A stretch of DNA of 64,000 nucleotides, from positions 45,818,001 to 45,882,000 of the forward strand of contig NC_042997.1 in NCBI RefSeq assembly GCF_006345805.1, given 5' to 3'. Made by a program: the position numbers and the translations under genes. The notes under the pieces are model-generated. The model searched no databases, had not been told where the DNA came from, and saw only the letters and a list, made by a program, of their open reading frames with translations. Below, piece by piece: positions 27,149-40,089 of this stretch; position 1 is the stretch's first letter, and every line of letters begins with the position of its first letter. This stretch comes from Octopus sinensis. Lineage: Eukaryota.

Positions 27149-27453
27149 TCACGTGATCACCTGACCGACGAGACCATCAGATGTTGTTACACATCGCTGG
27201 TCACAATGCGTTCGCATTGTTTTAGCCTTCGAATGACACCACCCCGCTGGCTAAGCGAGCAGGCCAACAGAAGGAAGAGTGGGAAAAAAGAGTGGTAAAA
27301 GTGTGCAACAGGGATCATCCCCCCTGCCGGAGCTCGTGGGGCTCTTAGGTGTTTTCGCTCAATAAACATTCACAACGCCCAGTCTGGGAATCGAAACCGC
27401 GATCCTACGACCGCGAGTCCGCTACCCTAACCACTGGGCAATTGCGCCTCCAC
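27149..27453 (-). mobile_element. SINE-C head with tail 2
   Basis: Intact tRNA-like head (A and B boxes); tail ends in gatcacgtga, matching 30981-31229. Confidence 0.9.
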
Positions 27454-27509
27454 ATATTACTATATGTATATTCCTTTACTACCCATATATATTCCACATA
27501 TTAATATCT

Positions 27510-27920
27510 ATATATTCCTTTACTACCCACAAGGGGCTAAACATAGAGGGGACAAACAAGGGGAAGGACAAAGGGATTAAGTCAATTACATCGACCCAGT
27601 GCGAAACTGGTAGTTTATTTATCGACCCCGAGAGGATGAAAGGCAAAGTCGACCTCAGCAGGATTTGAACTCAGAACGTAACGACAGACGAAATACCTAT
27701 TTCTTTACTACCCACAAAGAGTTAAAAACAGAGGGGACAAACAAGAACAGACAAACGGATTAAGTCGATTATATCGACCCCAGTGCGTAACTGGTACTTA
27801 TTTAATCGACCCCGAAAGGATGAAAGGCAAAGTCGACCTCGGCGGAATTTGAACTCGGAACGTAGCGGCAGACGAAATACCGCTAAGCATTTCGCCCGGC
27901 GCGCTAACGATTCTACCAGC
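27510..27920 (-). mobile_element. SINE-A dimer
   Basis: Two units with junction gacgaaatac|ctatttc at ~27697. Confidence 0.9.
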
Positions 27921-29284
27921 TGTATGTTTATGTATATGTGTGTGGTGAGTGTGTGTAACTAAGTATGAACGCATGTGCGTATGCATATATGTGTTGTGTG
28001 TGTATATGAGTGAGTGTATATTGTGTTCTTACAGAGGTGCAAGATCTCAGATAAAAAGGCGGAGACGGGTATAGTAAATTACTTCGACCTCAGCACTTCA
28101 CTGGTATTTATTTTATTGACTTCACCCCAGAGGGATGAAAGGCGAAGTTAACTAAGTATGCAATATTGATCTGTTTTGGCTATACATCAGACAACATCTT
28201 GGCGTAAATGGCTATATTCGATTGAATCGATCTCTCTATATATTCATTGTTGGTACTGTCTTAAACCATCCCACAGGGAAGAAAGGCAAAGTCGATCGTG
28301 GCGAAATGTGTGCATACAGAACGGAGAAAGGACGAAATTGAACACACAGATATATTACTCTCTGAAACTCTGCAGTTTCTACCAAACTAAAAAAAGATAA
28401 GTAATTCTACACTCAGACCATCATCAGTCTTTCTATCCTACATTCTCAGTCTCTAAAAAATACAGCTTTTATATTTATTGCAAGCATTCGTGAGCAACAG
28501 CCTCGTTGCGCATTTGATTTCAAAGAGAGGTCCAGCGGGTCGTTGATTGGTTCATTGCTTCTCGTTCTAGTTTAGCGTCAGATTATTGACTGTGTGCCTG
28601 TCCACAGTGGTATGTCAGAAACTACTTAAGTTAGGAAAAAAAAAAGAAAGACCAAATGATTTTATGAATCATTACTAAACAAAACAAACATTTGTATTTT
28701 TGTTGCATAAATTTTATTATTTTTATTTTTTATAAAGTTATTTACAAGCTGAGACAAGTTACCAAAAAAAAATGAAATAAAATAAAATAAACTGGAATAA
28801 CATAAAACGCAACAGAGGAAAGTTCATAGACAAAGGTTAATGACAGCACAATTCCTTTCAGACATTGCTAATAACTATAACAGTCAGTAATATAACATAT
28901 TGGTAGCTTTAATAGTTAGTACAGCAATAGATGGTTGGATATCATAATTAGTAATGCTAAATCTATTCAAATATTGACTGCTTATATACACTGGACATGG
29001 CAAAAGGTTTTATTATTCTCATTCGTTAACTTTTGGTTAATATTACATTGATTATTTCTTTTGATCATACGCGGACGTAGGCATGGTGGCGCTGCGTGTG
29101 GAGTGCTTCGCAAATATGTGCTTTCTAGTGTTCCACCTCACTGTACGGTACTCTGCGCATGCGTCTGTTGCCATAGTCTCGGCCTGATTAATACTTGGGG
29201 TAATAAATACTTTCAGTGGAAGTCCATCATGTTCGTTTGTATGTATGTATGTATGTATGTATGTATGTATGTATGTATGTATGA

Positions 29285-29518
29285 AGTCGGCGAGCTGGTA
29301 GAACCGTTAGCACGCCGGGCGAAATGCGTAGCCGTATTTCGTTTGCTGCTACGTTCTGAGTTCAAATTCCGCCGAGGTCGACTTTGCCTTTCATCCTTTC
29401 GGGGTCGATAAATTAAGTACGAGTTACGCACTGGAGTTGATGTAATCGACCTTAATCCGTTTGTCTGTCCTTGTTTGTCCTCTCTATGTTTAGGCCCTTG
29501 TGGGTAATAAAGAAATAA
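29285..29518 (+). mobile_element. SINE-A monomer inserted in a (TATG)n array
   Basis: (TATG)n on both flanks. Confidence 0.92.
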
Positions 29519-30046
29519 GTATGTATGTATGTATGTGGACGTGTGAATGTATGTATGGTTGTGTGGATGGATGGATGCGTCTGTGTATGTATATACGTGC
29601 GTGTGAGTATGTGCGCACGCGTTTGCGTGTATGTGTGTGTTTATAGCAGTAGGGACTGAACATCGGTGCATTCATACATTCAAACAACAGTTTCCTTCTA
29701 TACACATGTGTGTGTGCGTACGACGGGCTTCCACACAGTTTCCTTCTAGCAAATTCCCTCATGTGGTATTGATTGGGCCGGGGCTACAGTAGGAGACACT
29801 TGGCTAGGGTGGACTGAACCCGGGACCATGTGTTTGGGAAGCAAGCCTCTAACCACACAACTACCTCTATTTATATACATTGATTTCGTTTTCACTAAAA
29901 TACAAGGTGTTTATAAGTACGTATATATATATATATTTATATATATATATAAATATAAATATATATATATATATTTATATATACATACATATATATATAT
30001 ACATATATATATATATACATATATATATATACATACATATATATAT

Positions 30047-30460
30047 TCTCTTTACTCTTTTACTTGTTTCAGTCATTTGACTGCGGCCATGCTGGAACAC
30101 CGCCTTTAGTCGACCAAATCGACCCCGGGACTTATTCTTTGTAAGCCCAGTACTTATTCTATTGGTCTCTTTTGCCGAACCGCTAAGTGACGGGGACCTA
30201 AACACACCAGCATCGGTTGTCAAGCAATGCTAGGGGGACAAACACAGACACACAGACATACAAACACATACACACATAGATATATATATATATACATATA
30301 TACGACAGGCTTCTTTCAGTTTCCATCTACCAAATCCACTCACAAGGCTTTGGTCGGCCCGAGGCTATAGCACAAGACACTTGCCCAAGATGCCACGCAG
30401 TGGGACTGAACCCGGAACCATGTGGTTGGTAAGCAAGCTACTTACCACACAGACACTCCT
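30047..30460 (-). mobile_element. Near full-length SINE-B
   Basis: Reverse complement of 16672-17084; flanked by TA microsatellites. Confidence 0.92.
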
Positions 30461-30509
30461 GTATATATATATATGTATATATATATATATAATATATATA
30501 TATATAATA

Positions 30510-30548
<39 letters not shown>

Positions 30549-30927
30549 GAGGAAAGGCGTGAGATGCACATTGTGATATCTATACTTTTATACTTTCTTT
30601 TGTATATTGAAGGCGAAAGTGATGTAAAATACCTTGGAGCACTGATTGCAACGATGTAGCAGCTTAGACTTTCCAGGTGTAAGGATTATTAATTCTATCC
30701 TCAGGCTGATATAGGTTGTCGTCAACTTAATAGGCGCTACAATATAACTTTTTTTTTTGTTTTATCAACCTTGGGGCTTTTATTAATATAGTTAAGTGTG
30801 TGTACGTATATATATAATGTACGTATGTAGGCATAAGTCCATGTGTTTGAGTTTATGTGTATGTATATATATATATATATTATATATATATATAATATTT
30901 ATATATATAATATTTATATATATAATA

Positions 30928-30980
<53 letters not shown>

Positions 30981-30984
<4 letters not shown>

Positions 30985-31229
30985 GAGACGCAATGGCCCA
31001 GTGGTTAGGGCAGCGGACTCGTGGTCGTAGGATCGCGGTTTCGATTCCCAGACCGGGCGTTGTGAGTGTTTATTGAGCGAAAACTCCGGCAGGGGGTGGT
31101 GATCCCTGCCGTACTCTTTCACTACTCTTTCTTCCACTCTTTCTTCTGTTGGCCTGCTCGCTTAGCCAGCGGGGTGGCGTTATTCGATGGCTAAAACGAT
31201 GCGAACTGGTTGGTCACGTGATCACGTGA
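30981..31229 (+). mobile_element. SINE-C head with tail 2 (small internal deletions)
   Basis: tgtggagacgcaatggcccagtggttagg...ggtttcgattccc...cacgtgatcacgtga. Confidence 0.9.
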
Positions 31230-31364
31230 TATATATATATATATACATACATACATACACACATTTGTATAGACATACACATGGATATGTGCTTGTGATG
31301 ATCGGTTTGTTACTACATTCGGGTTCAGATTCACTGCTAGGTACCTTTGGTAATTGTCTTCTAC

Positions 31365-31648
31365 AAACACCTAAAAGCTCCACGAGGCTCCGGCAGGGGA
31401 TGGTGGTGATCCCTGCTATACTCTTTCACAACTTTCTCTCACTCTTACTTCCTGTTTCTGTTGTACCTGAATTTCAAGGGGCCGGCCTTGTCACTCTCTG
31501 TGTCACGCTGAATATCCCTGAGAACTACGTTAAGGGTGCACGTGTCTGTGGAGTGCTCAGCCACTTACACGTTAATTTCACGAGCAGGCTGTTCCGTTGA
31601 TTCGGATCAACCGGAACCCTCATCGTCGTAACCGACGGAGTGCTTCCA
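31365..31648 (+). mobile_element. 5'-truncated SINE-C with tail 1
   Basis: Matches the reverse complement of 16095-16385; ends ccgacggagtgcttcca. Confidence 0.9.
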
Positions 31649-31974
31649 TCCATATAAATATCTCTCTCGATATATATACACACATGATGGCGATCGACCC
31701 GTTAATCAAGTATGAACCTTTCTCAACACCTGCACTGGCAGAGTACATTACACATTGGCACCAAACTAGTTTAAAAAGCCAACACCACACAAATTTGCAG
31801 ATATTATGGAGCTGAAGATTTAAAATTTAAAATTATTAGATGTCAGAAATAGTCTACTTGTCGTGTGACCAAAGATGACTCTTTAGTCCAGCAAGAGATT
31901 TACAAATTTCTCCATACTGAAAACGCTTGATCTCGCTGTAAACACAAGGGGAAATTGTTATCGTAGTATTTTAT

Positions 31975-32225
31975 GTGGTGGAGGGACGTGGCTTAGTGGT
32001 TAGGGTGTCAGCATAATGATCGTAAGATTGTGGTTTCGATTCCTGGACCGGGTGACGCGTTGTGTTCTTGAGCAAACACATAATTTCACCTTGTTCCAGT
32101 CCACTCAGCTGGCAAAAATGAGTAACGCTGCGATGGACTGACGTCCTGTCCAGCTGGGGAACGCAAACGCCACGGAAACCGGGGAACCGGGCCCGTGAGC
32201 CTGGCTAGGCTTTTAATGAGCGCAT
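31975..32225 (+). mobile_element. SINE-E head with tail 3
   Basis: tRNA head gtggcttagtggttaggg...ggtttcgattcct; body gttcttgagcaa; tail ctgcgatggactg...gagcctggctaggcttt. Confidence 0.85.
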
Positions 32226-32239
32226 TGATTGAGCATTTT

Positions 32240-33140
32240 ATGTATACTGACAACTTAGGCTTACTTTTGCAGATCTTATTGCAAACAGAGCAAGATAATG
32301 CATCAGGCTATGAATGTAAAAAGTCAGTAGGAGGCCTAAATATGTGCTTCCGCTTATGACTAACTAGTCCAGCTTGAGAGACACAAATATGCTTGCAGGT
32401 ATGACAAGTTAGAGGAGAAGGATCATTGGCCACAAGCAAACTTTTTCCTGCTGCTCTTTGTATCAGTGCATAATTCTAAGGTAGCACCTTCTCGGATTTT
32501 TGTCCTTCATTTTGATTAGTCTATTGTATCACTTTCCCAGATTGCATGCATCATTTTGAAATCTTTGTAACAAATTTTTTCTTTACATTCAGGCCTTTTT
32601 GATCCTTTTATCTGACCATATAACAGTTGTCTGGGAATGCTTTGATCAGATTTCCCCATCAGATGACCAGTCCAGTGAAGTCTGTGTCGATGAATTTTAG
32701 TTTCAATGTTATCAATACCCGCACACTCAAGAATTTCAGAATCCGGTACTTTGCGCACCCATCTCATTTTCAGTATAAAGCGTTTGAGTTTCATCACTGA
32801 TGAAATTTCTCCAGTAGTTTGAGCTGCGTCCTATATACCACCCATGTCTCACATGAGTAAAGAGGGGATGAAAGCACACAAGCACTGTACACCGCAACCG
32901 TCATGTTTTTGGTAGTATTACTATTAGACCAAACTCGCCTTTGAAGATTTTTGAAAGCCTGAGATGGTTTTTAAAGACAGTTTGCTATTTCATCAGCAAC
33001 AGAACAAACAGGATTGAGCACACATCCAAGATTGGCAAATTTATTTCAGGTTCATAAAATGAGTTGGAAGCTGGTTTAACAGTTTCATCTAAACTTATTC
33101 TAAGCCCAAAGGCCATACACAATTCATCAGTTTTAAGCAG
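32240..33140 (-). mobile_element. RTE-clade LINE 3' fragment
   Basis: RLHWTGHLMGKSDQSIPRQLLYGQI (cf. LRWAGHVxRMxDxRIPKQLLYGEL) and FGLRISLDET. Confidence 0.85.
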
Positions 33141-33306
33141 TGTGGCAGGTAGAAATTGTGTGTGTGCGTCTGTGTTTATGTGAGTGAGTGAGTGTTTGTT
33201 CTTCCCCATAACGGCTTGACAACGGAACTATATAATACATGTATACAAACATACATACATACACATGTTTATACATACATATACATACTTACATACATAC
33301 ATACAC

Positions 33307-33366
<60 letters not shown>

Positions 33367-33462
33367 CAGAAGTAACAGAGTGACTCAAGGTCCAAGAGTT
33401 TCGTGCGTTGGCACTTATCAAAGTAGTCAAAGGTCGAAGTCCTGTGAGTTAATATAGCTGTT

Positions 33463-33783
33463 GAAGGCGTGTGACTTAGTGGTTGGAATATTCGGTTGAG
33501 GATCGTAAGGCCGTGAGTTCAATTTCCGGAGACGTATTGTGCCTTGAGCAAGACAGTTTATTTTCACGTTGCTCTTGTACACTCAGGTATCAAAAATGAG
33601 TAGTACCTGCATTTCAAAAGGCCAGCCTTGGCATACTCTGTGTGACGCTGAATCGTTTTGAGAACTGCGTTAAGGGTACACGTCTCCGTGGAGGGCTCAA
33701 CCAATTTCACGATAATTTCACGAGCAGGCTGTTCCGTTGGCCGTATCAGCTGGGACCCTCGTCATCGTAACCAACGGAGTGCT
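33463..33783 (+). mobile_element. SINE-E head with tail 1, followed by (CCT)n
   Basis: Head and body as at 31975; tail as 31470-31648 (tttcaaaaggccagccttg...aaccaacggagtgct). Confidence 0.85.
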
Positions 33784-33936
33784 CCTCCTCCTCCCCTCCT
33801 CTCTTCCTCCTACCCTCCCCATCTTCCTCCTACTCCACCTCCTCCTCCCCTTCTTCCACTTCATCCTCCTCCTCCTCCTCCTCCTCTAGATAAATATATT
33901 TCCTTCTGATTGTTCTAGAAAGAATCATATGAATGA

Positions 33937-34000
<64 letters not shown>

Positions 34001-34939
34001 GCATTTATACATATACATATATACATACATATGAGTGTGTGTGACTGTGCGTATTCGTGTGTGTGTGTGTGTGTGTGCATTTATACATATACATATGTAT
34101 ATATATACATTCATATGTGTGTGTACCTTTCTTTTTTAAGTTATATCCACAGAATTTTTATGAAGACAGCACTAGAAGTTACGACGTTTCGTAAACGAAT
34201 ACAGCTATGTAAACAGTGCTTTCGTAGATGGAAAAGTAAGCGATTGGTGTATATGCATATTTCAGGAGTTATTGCTCCTTCGTCAGCACCACAACCAACC
34301 CATTAACCAGCCATGCTTCAATATCCACTAAATCAATGTGGTGTGTGTGTGTATATATATATATATTACACGACTTCTCACTTCGAACAAAGACGAGAAG
34401 GTAATAATGGTTTTAGTTACATTCGATAGTTATCATTCATTGATTTTAGTCCCAAATCATCTCTGATGATCGGACAGCTCCCTGATGCAAGGTCTTTCAA
34501 CCGAAACCGCCTCTCCTTCATTCTTTCTCTTAGAGTCTTTCTTCCATTCTTCCTTCAATTCGCTGCATTTTCCAACAGTTCGAACGCAACGTAGAAAGCG
34601 CCGCACTTACCTCGATGCTATATGAACTCAAACATAAAGCCTGGCAAAACTAAATGACGTCAGCAAACCGGCTGCCATCTCCGGATTACTGAAACGGGTG
34701 GCTACTATTAGCTAACAGGTAACTAAGATTTACACAACAGGTAACTAACAAATTATGTATTGTTTGCGTTCGTTGTAGCCACTCCCTCGGGGAGCCTTTC
34801 TTTCATCATCAAAGTGTGTGGAATGTTGCCAAAAATATTTGATCACTTTCGTGCTTCACCTAGCCATGCCCAACATTTATTAGACATAACCTTATAGATT
34901 CCTTCAACGATCTCTACCCCACCCTCACTCTATCTCGTT

Positions 34940-35090
34940 CTCTCTTTGAGCGTGTGTTTCTTTCTCTCTCTCACTCGGTCTCTCTCTCTCTCCATATATA
35001 TATATATACACACACACATATATATATATATATGTATGTATATGTACATATGTGTGTGTGTGTATGTACATGTATATATATATGTGTGTA

Positions 35091-35141
<51 letters not shown>

Positions 35142-35600
35142 ATATATGTATGTATATATATACGTGTATGTATATATGTATTTATATATATACATATATA
35201 AATATATAAGAATATATGTATACTTACCTACCGCCATACACACCTAACAACATTCAATCAAACATACAAAACATACGTATATACATTTAATACATACATA
35301 TGTGCATACGTTAATTCGATACTTACATACATACATACATACATACATACAAATACTCATACGTGCGTACATATACAAATCCTAATTATATATTTATATA
35401 TGTATGTCTATGTACGTGTGTATGTGTATCGAATTATTTCCAATATTTCGTCATACTGGCTCGATAACAAAGAACTCATCAATATCGAAACAGATTATCA
35501 CAAGCTCCTATTCGGAGGGGAAAAAACACAATTTCTACGATGTTTTAATATATTTTATTTCTCTTTTATCCCGATTTCATTTATTATACATACGTACGTA

Positions 35601-35637
<37 letters not shown>

Positions 35638-35719
35638 CACACACGCACACATATATATGTATATGTATGTACATATATATATGTGTGAGTGCGTGTACGC
35701 ATACCTATGTGCGTATGTC

Positions 35720-35764
<45 letters not shown>

Positions 35765-36024
35765 CATAAATATATATACATAAATACATACACACAAACA
35801 TATATATATAGAAACATATACATAAGTGCGCGTCTCTCTGTCTGTATATATATATTATATATATATATATATGTATATATAGACATATACATATATAATT
35901 TTTTACGCAAATGTATAAAAAATATCCTATTTGTAGAATTCATTTATGTCACACTGTTGTATTCATTTTACTGTTATCATTATTTTTGTTGCGTATGTAT
36001 GTGTGTGTGTGTTGTGTGTGTGTG

Positions 36025-36065
<41 letters not shown>

Positions 36066-36729
36066 AAAACGCTACATATAAGCATACATATATAGATATA
36101 AACTCATACATTTACATATGTATGTTTATAAACCGCCATTTTTATTCTTATCATCATTATTATTTTTATTATTATTCGTATCATTTTCATTATTATTGTT
36201 GTTCTTTTTGTTATTATTATTATTATTATTATTATTGTTGTTCTTTTTGTTGTTATTGTTATTATTATTATCATTATTATTATCAAAAAGCAACAAAATG
36301 AGCAACAAACAATGGAGTTGCATTCATTTGTGCATTTTCGATTTTGTTCTATTTCCCTCGTTTATTTTATTAATTTTACATTCAGGTTTATTACATTAAT
36401 TTTATTTAAATTTATATTTTTAGCTATATTTGTTTCGCTTTCTTTGTTTGAGAGGGGAAAACAGAATTAAGAAGAAAAAAGTCAACGAAATGATTTATAT
36501 GTCTATATGTATTTCTATAGTTTGTGTGTGTGAGGGTGTGTGTGTGTGTGTGTGTTCACATGTATGATGTACCTCTGCTTAACTGTGCGTGGGTGTATAC
36601 GTATTTTTGTGTGAGTGCGCGTACGCATGCCTATGTGCATATGTCTTTAATTATATATATATATATATATATGTACTTCTGTACATATACATACATACAT
36701 CGCACACACACATATGTATGCATGTATAA

Positions 36730-36795
<66 letters not shown>

Positions 36796-36796
36796 G

Positions 36797-36831
<35 letters not shown>

Positions 36832-36940
36832 ACATGTTTTTGTTTATATTAATATATGTGTGTATATAAGTATCTGTGTATATTGTTTGATGAGGTGTGT
36901 GCGTATGCATACACACACACACACACACACACACAAATAA
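34940..36940. repeat. Compound TA/CA/TG and (TAT/TTG)n microsatellite field
   Basis: Directly visible low-complexity arrays. Confidence 0.95.
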
Positions 36941-37454
36941 ACGCACACGTATACCTGAATAGCAGATTAATTATGTTTGTAAGAATATGTGTGTGTGCAT
37001 ATGTGCAAAGTAAGTGTGTATGTACAAGGTTTTTTTTCCTTCCATCTGTGTGTGTATGTTAAAACACAATAAGGTTCAGCGAATAAGAATGAAAGTGGTC
37101 TTTATGTAGTATTTGGAGTTCTCTAGAGATAAATAACATAAATCGCCTAAATTGGTGTCCATCAAGTCGAAGTCTAACTTCTCTACTGATCTACTACAAA
37201 ATGGTGAGTTTGGAAATTATGAAATTTCTTTTCTATTGACACAAATCTATCTGTGTCTATACAGTCCCTAATGGACTATTTTGTTAAATGAAAGCACACA
37301 TGCTAGTTAGATATAACTGTCCATGTACATTTCGGCGTGTATGTTAGGGCTGTCGTAAATGTATTGGTTTGAAAGCTTTTGGAGTATATTATATTACAGT
37401 ACGATACATGATGCGTTTAATGTGAATTAGTTCGTATGCGTGTGCATATGGTCA

Positions 37455-37733
37455 AAGCGAGTGGCCTAGTGGTTAGGGCGTTCGGTTCATTATCGTAATG
37501 GTCGTGAGTTCGATTCTCGGCGGTGCGCGCTGTGTCTTTGAGCAAGACACTTTATTTCACGTTGCTCCAGTAAATGCAGTTGGCAAAAATGAGTAGTACC
37601 TGCATTTCAAAAGGGCCAGCGTTGTCAAACTTTAAAGATATGTGTGTTTGGGGAGCATGTTGATATCACGAGCAGGCTGTTCTCTTAATCGGACCTGTGG
37701 GAACCACTCGTCGTCGCAACCGACGGTGTGCCA
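37455..37733 (+). mobile_element. SINE-E head with tail 1, diverged
   Basis: gtggcctagtggttaggg...gagttcgattc...gtcgcaaccgacggtgtgcca. Confidence 0.8.
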
Positions 37734-37867
37734 GTATGTGCATATGTGTATAACTGAGCGTGTGTGAAATTGTGTATGCGTTTGCAGGTTCGTAGGTAGA
37801 ATGATATTAATGTACGTTAGATGTGTGGGTCTGTGAATGTTCTGAATATGTTTAGCTTTGTGCTCTT

Positions 37868-37868
37868 A

Positions 37869-37956
<88 letters not shown>

Positions 37957-38049
37957 AGTCTGTCTGTCTGTGTCTCTTTGTCTGTCCATCTCTATAGTTA
38001 TCTCTCTCTCTATGTATATATATCTATATATATATACATACATATATAC

Positions 38050-38125
<76 letters not shown>

Positions 38126-38207
38126 TATATATATCTGAGTAAGCATACACCTATATTTATATATCTACACATACATACATGTGTGTTTTCATATCTCTCT
38201 GTCAGTC

Positions 38208-38278
<71 letters not shown>

Positions 38279-38285
38279 GCCTATC
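37868..38285. repeat. (TATC)n and (TA)n microsatellites
   Basis: Directly visible. Confidence 0.95.
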
Positions 38286-39053
38286 TGTCACTATACAAAT
38301 ATATATACGTAAGCATACACACATATATAGGTACACGTACATATATGAGTGAATATGCATGTGTGCGTGCGTGCGTGTGTACGTGTGCAGCGCTTTCGTT
38401 TTCTGCCTACATTTGTGCTCCAGTATACATGATATTTAGAATGAAATGCACAGCTGCTTGCATGTGCAACTGAACATGCATATATGTCAGCCTGTTTCTG
38501 TATAACGAGTGTGTACTTCTGCGTGTGAGCAGACGTTTGAGTACGCATACTCATTAAAAACACACATACACTAACATACACACGTAGAGTAATGTAGTTT
38601 TGTGAATGTGTCAACGTACGTACAAGCTTTCAAGCATTTCTCTATGTTTCCGTACCCAGTTATTGTGTTTTCCTATACGCTGAGGATTTGTTCTCGTTTG
38701 TAAGCTTTCGTCTTTCTGTCACATGTGTTTGCCATACGCCATTCTTTGCTTGCTTTTTTTCCAACAGATATTCCACACTTCCCCAACTCGGTTCATTGGA
38801 GAACTATTTTTCCTATTTATCATATATACATCTGCACGCACAGACACAAATACACACGTACACACAGAAACAGATACACATATGCACACACAGATTTTCA
38901 TATATTCATACACACAGACACACACACACATACACACTTATATATAATTATACTTATATGTTTATATACATAAATATAATCACTTGTAAACATCTATATG
39001 CATCTATCTATGTTGTATCTATCTATATGTATATATGTATATATATATATAAA

Positions 39054-39091
<38 letters not shown>

Positions 39092-39430
39092 AGTGTGTGT
39101 GTGTATGCACATACACATGCACGAACACATATATATACGCACACACACACACACACGCACGCATATACGCACACACAAACAAAATGCATTAGATTTACAC
39201 TCGGAAAAAATAGAGGGAAAACTTTTGTGTTTCCAACAGACTCTCTTCTACAGAAAGAATAGATGAGGAGAGAAAACAAGAAACGTGTTCCAATTAGACC
39301 ATAGGTCCCCCAACTGTGAACCTCACATGTGTGTGTACATGAATGAAACTAATGTACGTGATGCTATGGGTCACGTTATATTTATATATGCATATCTTTA
39401 TATATACGTATATATATACATACATATATA

Positions 39431-40064
39431 CAGGGTGTCCTAAGGTCTGGACACAGGAAGTTTCATTAACTGAATTTTTTTACCTAAATATCTTATTTAT
39501 GTGCCTTTTTCAAGCCTAGCCAGGCTTATGGACCCTGTTTCCCGGCGTATGTGTTCCCCCCAGTTGGACGGGATGCCAGTCCATCGCAGCGTTACTCATG
39601 AAACAGGAAGTGAGAGAAAGTTGGGGCAAAAGTGTACAACAGAGATCGTGGAGCTTTTAGATGTTTTCGCTTAATAAGCACACACAATGCCCGGTCTGGG
39701 AATCGAAACCGCGATCTTCAGACCGCGAGTCCGCTACCTTAACCACTGGGCCATTGCGCCTCTACTATATCTTATATATATTTTATATATAATATTTTAC
39801 TTATATATTTTTATTAGTTACATTTCTTTTTACCTCCACAGATTAAATATTGTTTTGTGCTAAAATTGAGGGCAGTGTGGGGGTATTGCATCGGATTCAC
39901 ATAAATCTTGCAAAGCGCATCGACCTTTTCTTCACAAATGGTGGAAATGATATTGAGGATATTGTTTGGGAATATTCTAGTTGAATAAAATATTGTTGAA
40001 AATTTCACGTGTAGTTTTTGAAAATATACATTTTGCCTATGTGTCCAGACTTTAAAGACACCCT
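39431..40064. mobile_element. Tc1/mariner-type non-autonomous element with a nested SINE
   Basis: TIRs cagggtgtcctaaggtctggacacagg (39431) and revcomp agggtgtctttaaagtctggacacatagg (~40035-40063); left end preceded by TA. Confidence 0.8.
39500..39765 (-). mobile_element. SINE-C head with tail 3, nested in the MITE
   Basis: Head as 27360-27453; tail as 32120-32215; candidate TSD atatcttat at ~39488 and ~39767. Confidence 0.85.
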
Positions 40065-40089
40065 TTCTATATAAATATATCAGTCTAAG

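Noticed and set aside
30981-31055. tRNA gene-like sequences
   Set aside because: They are SINE heads continuing into SINE bodies and lack a complete acceptor stem.
34465-34510. ctgatga...ccgaaac hammerhead-like words
   Set aside because: Core spacing is wrong and no stem I can be formed.
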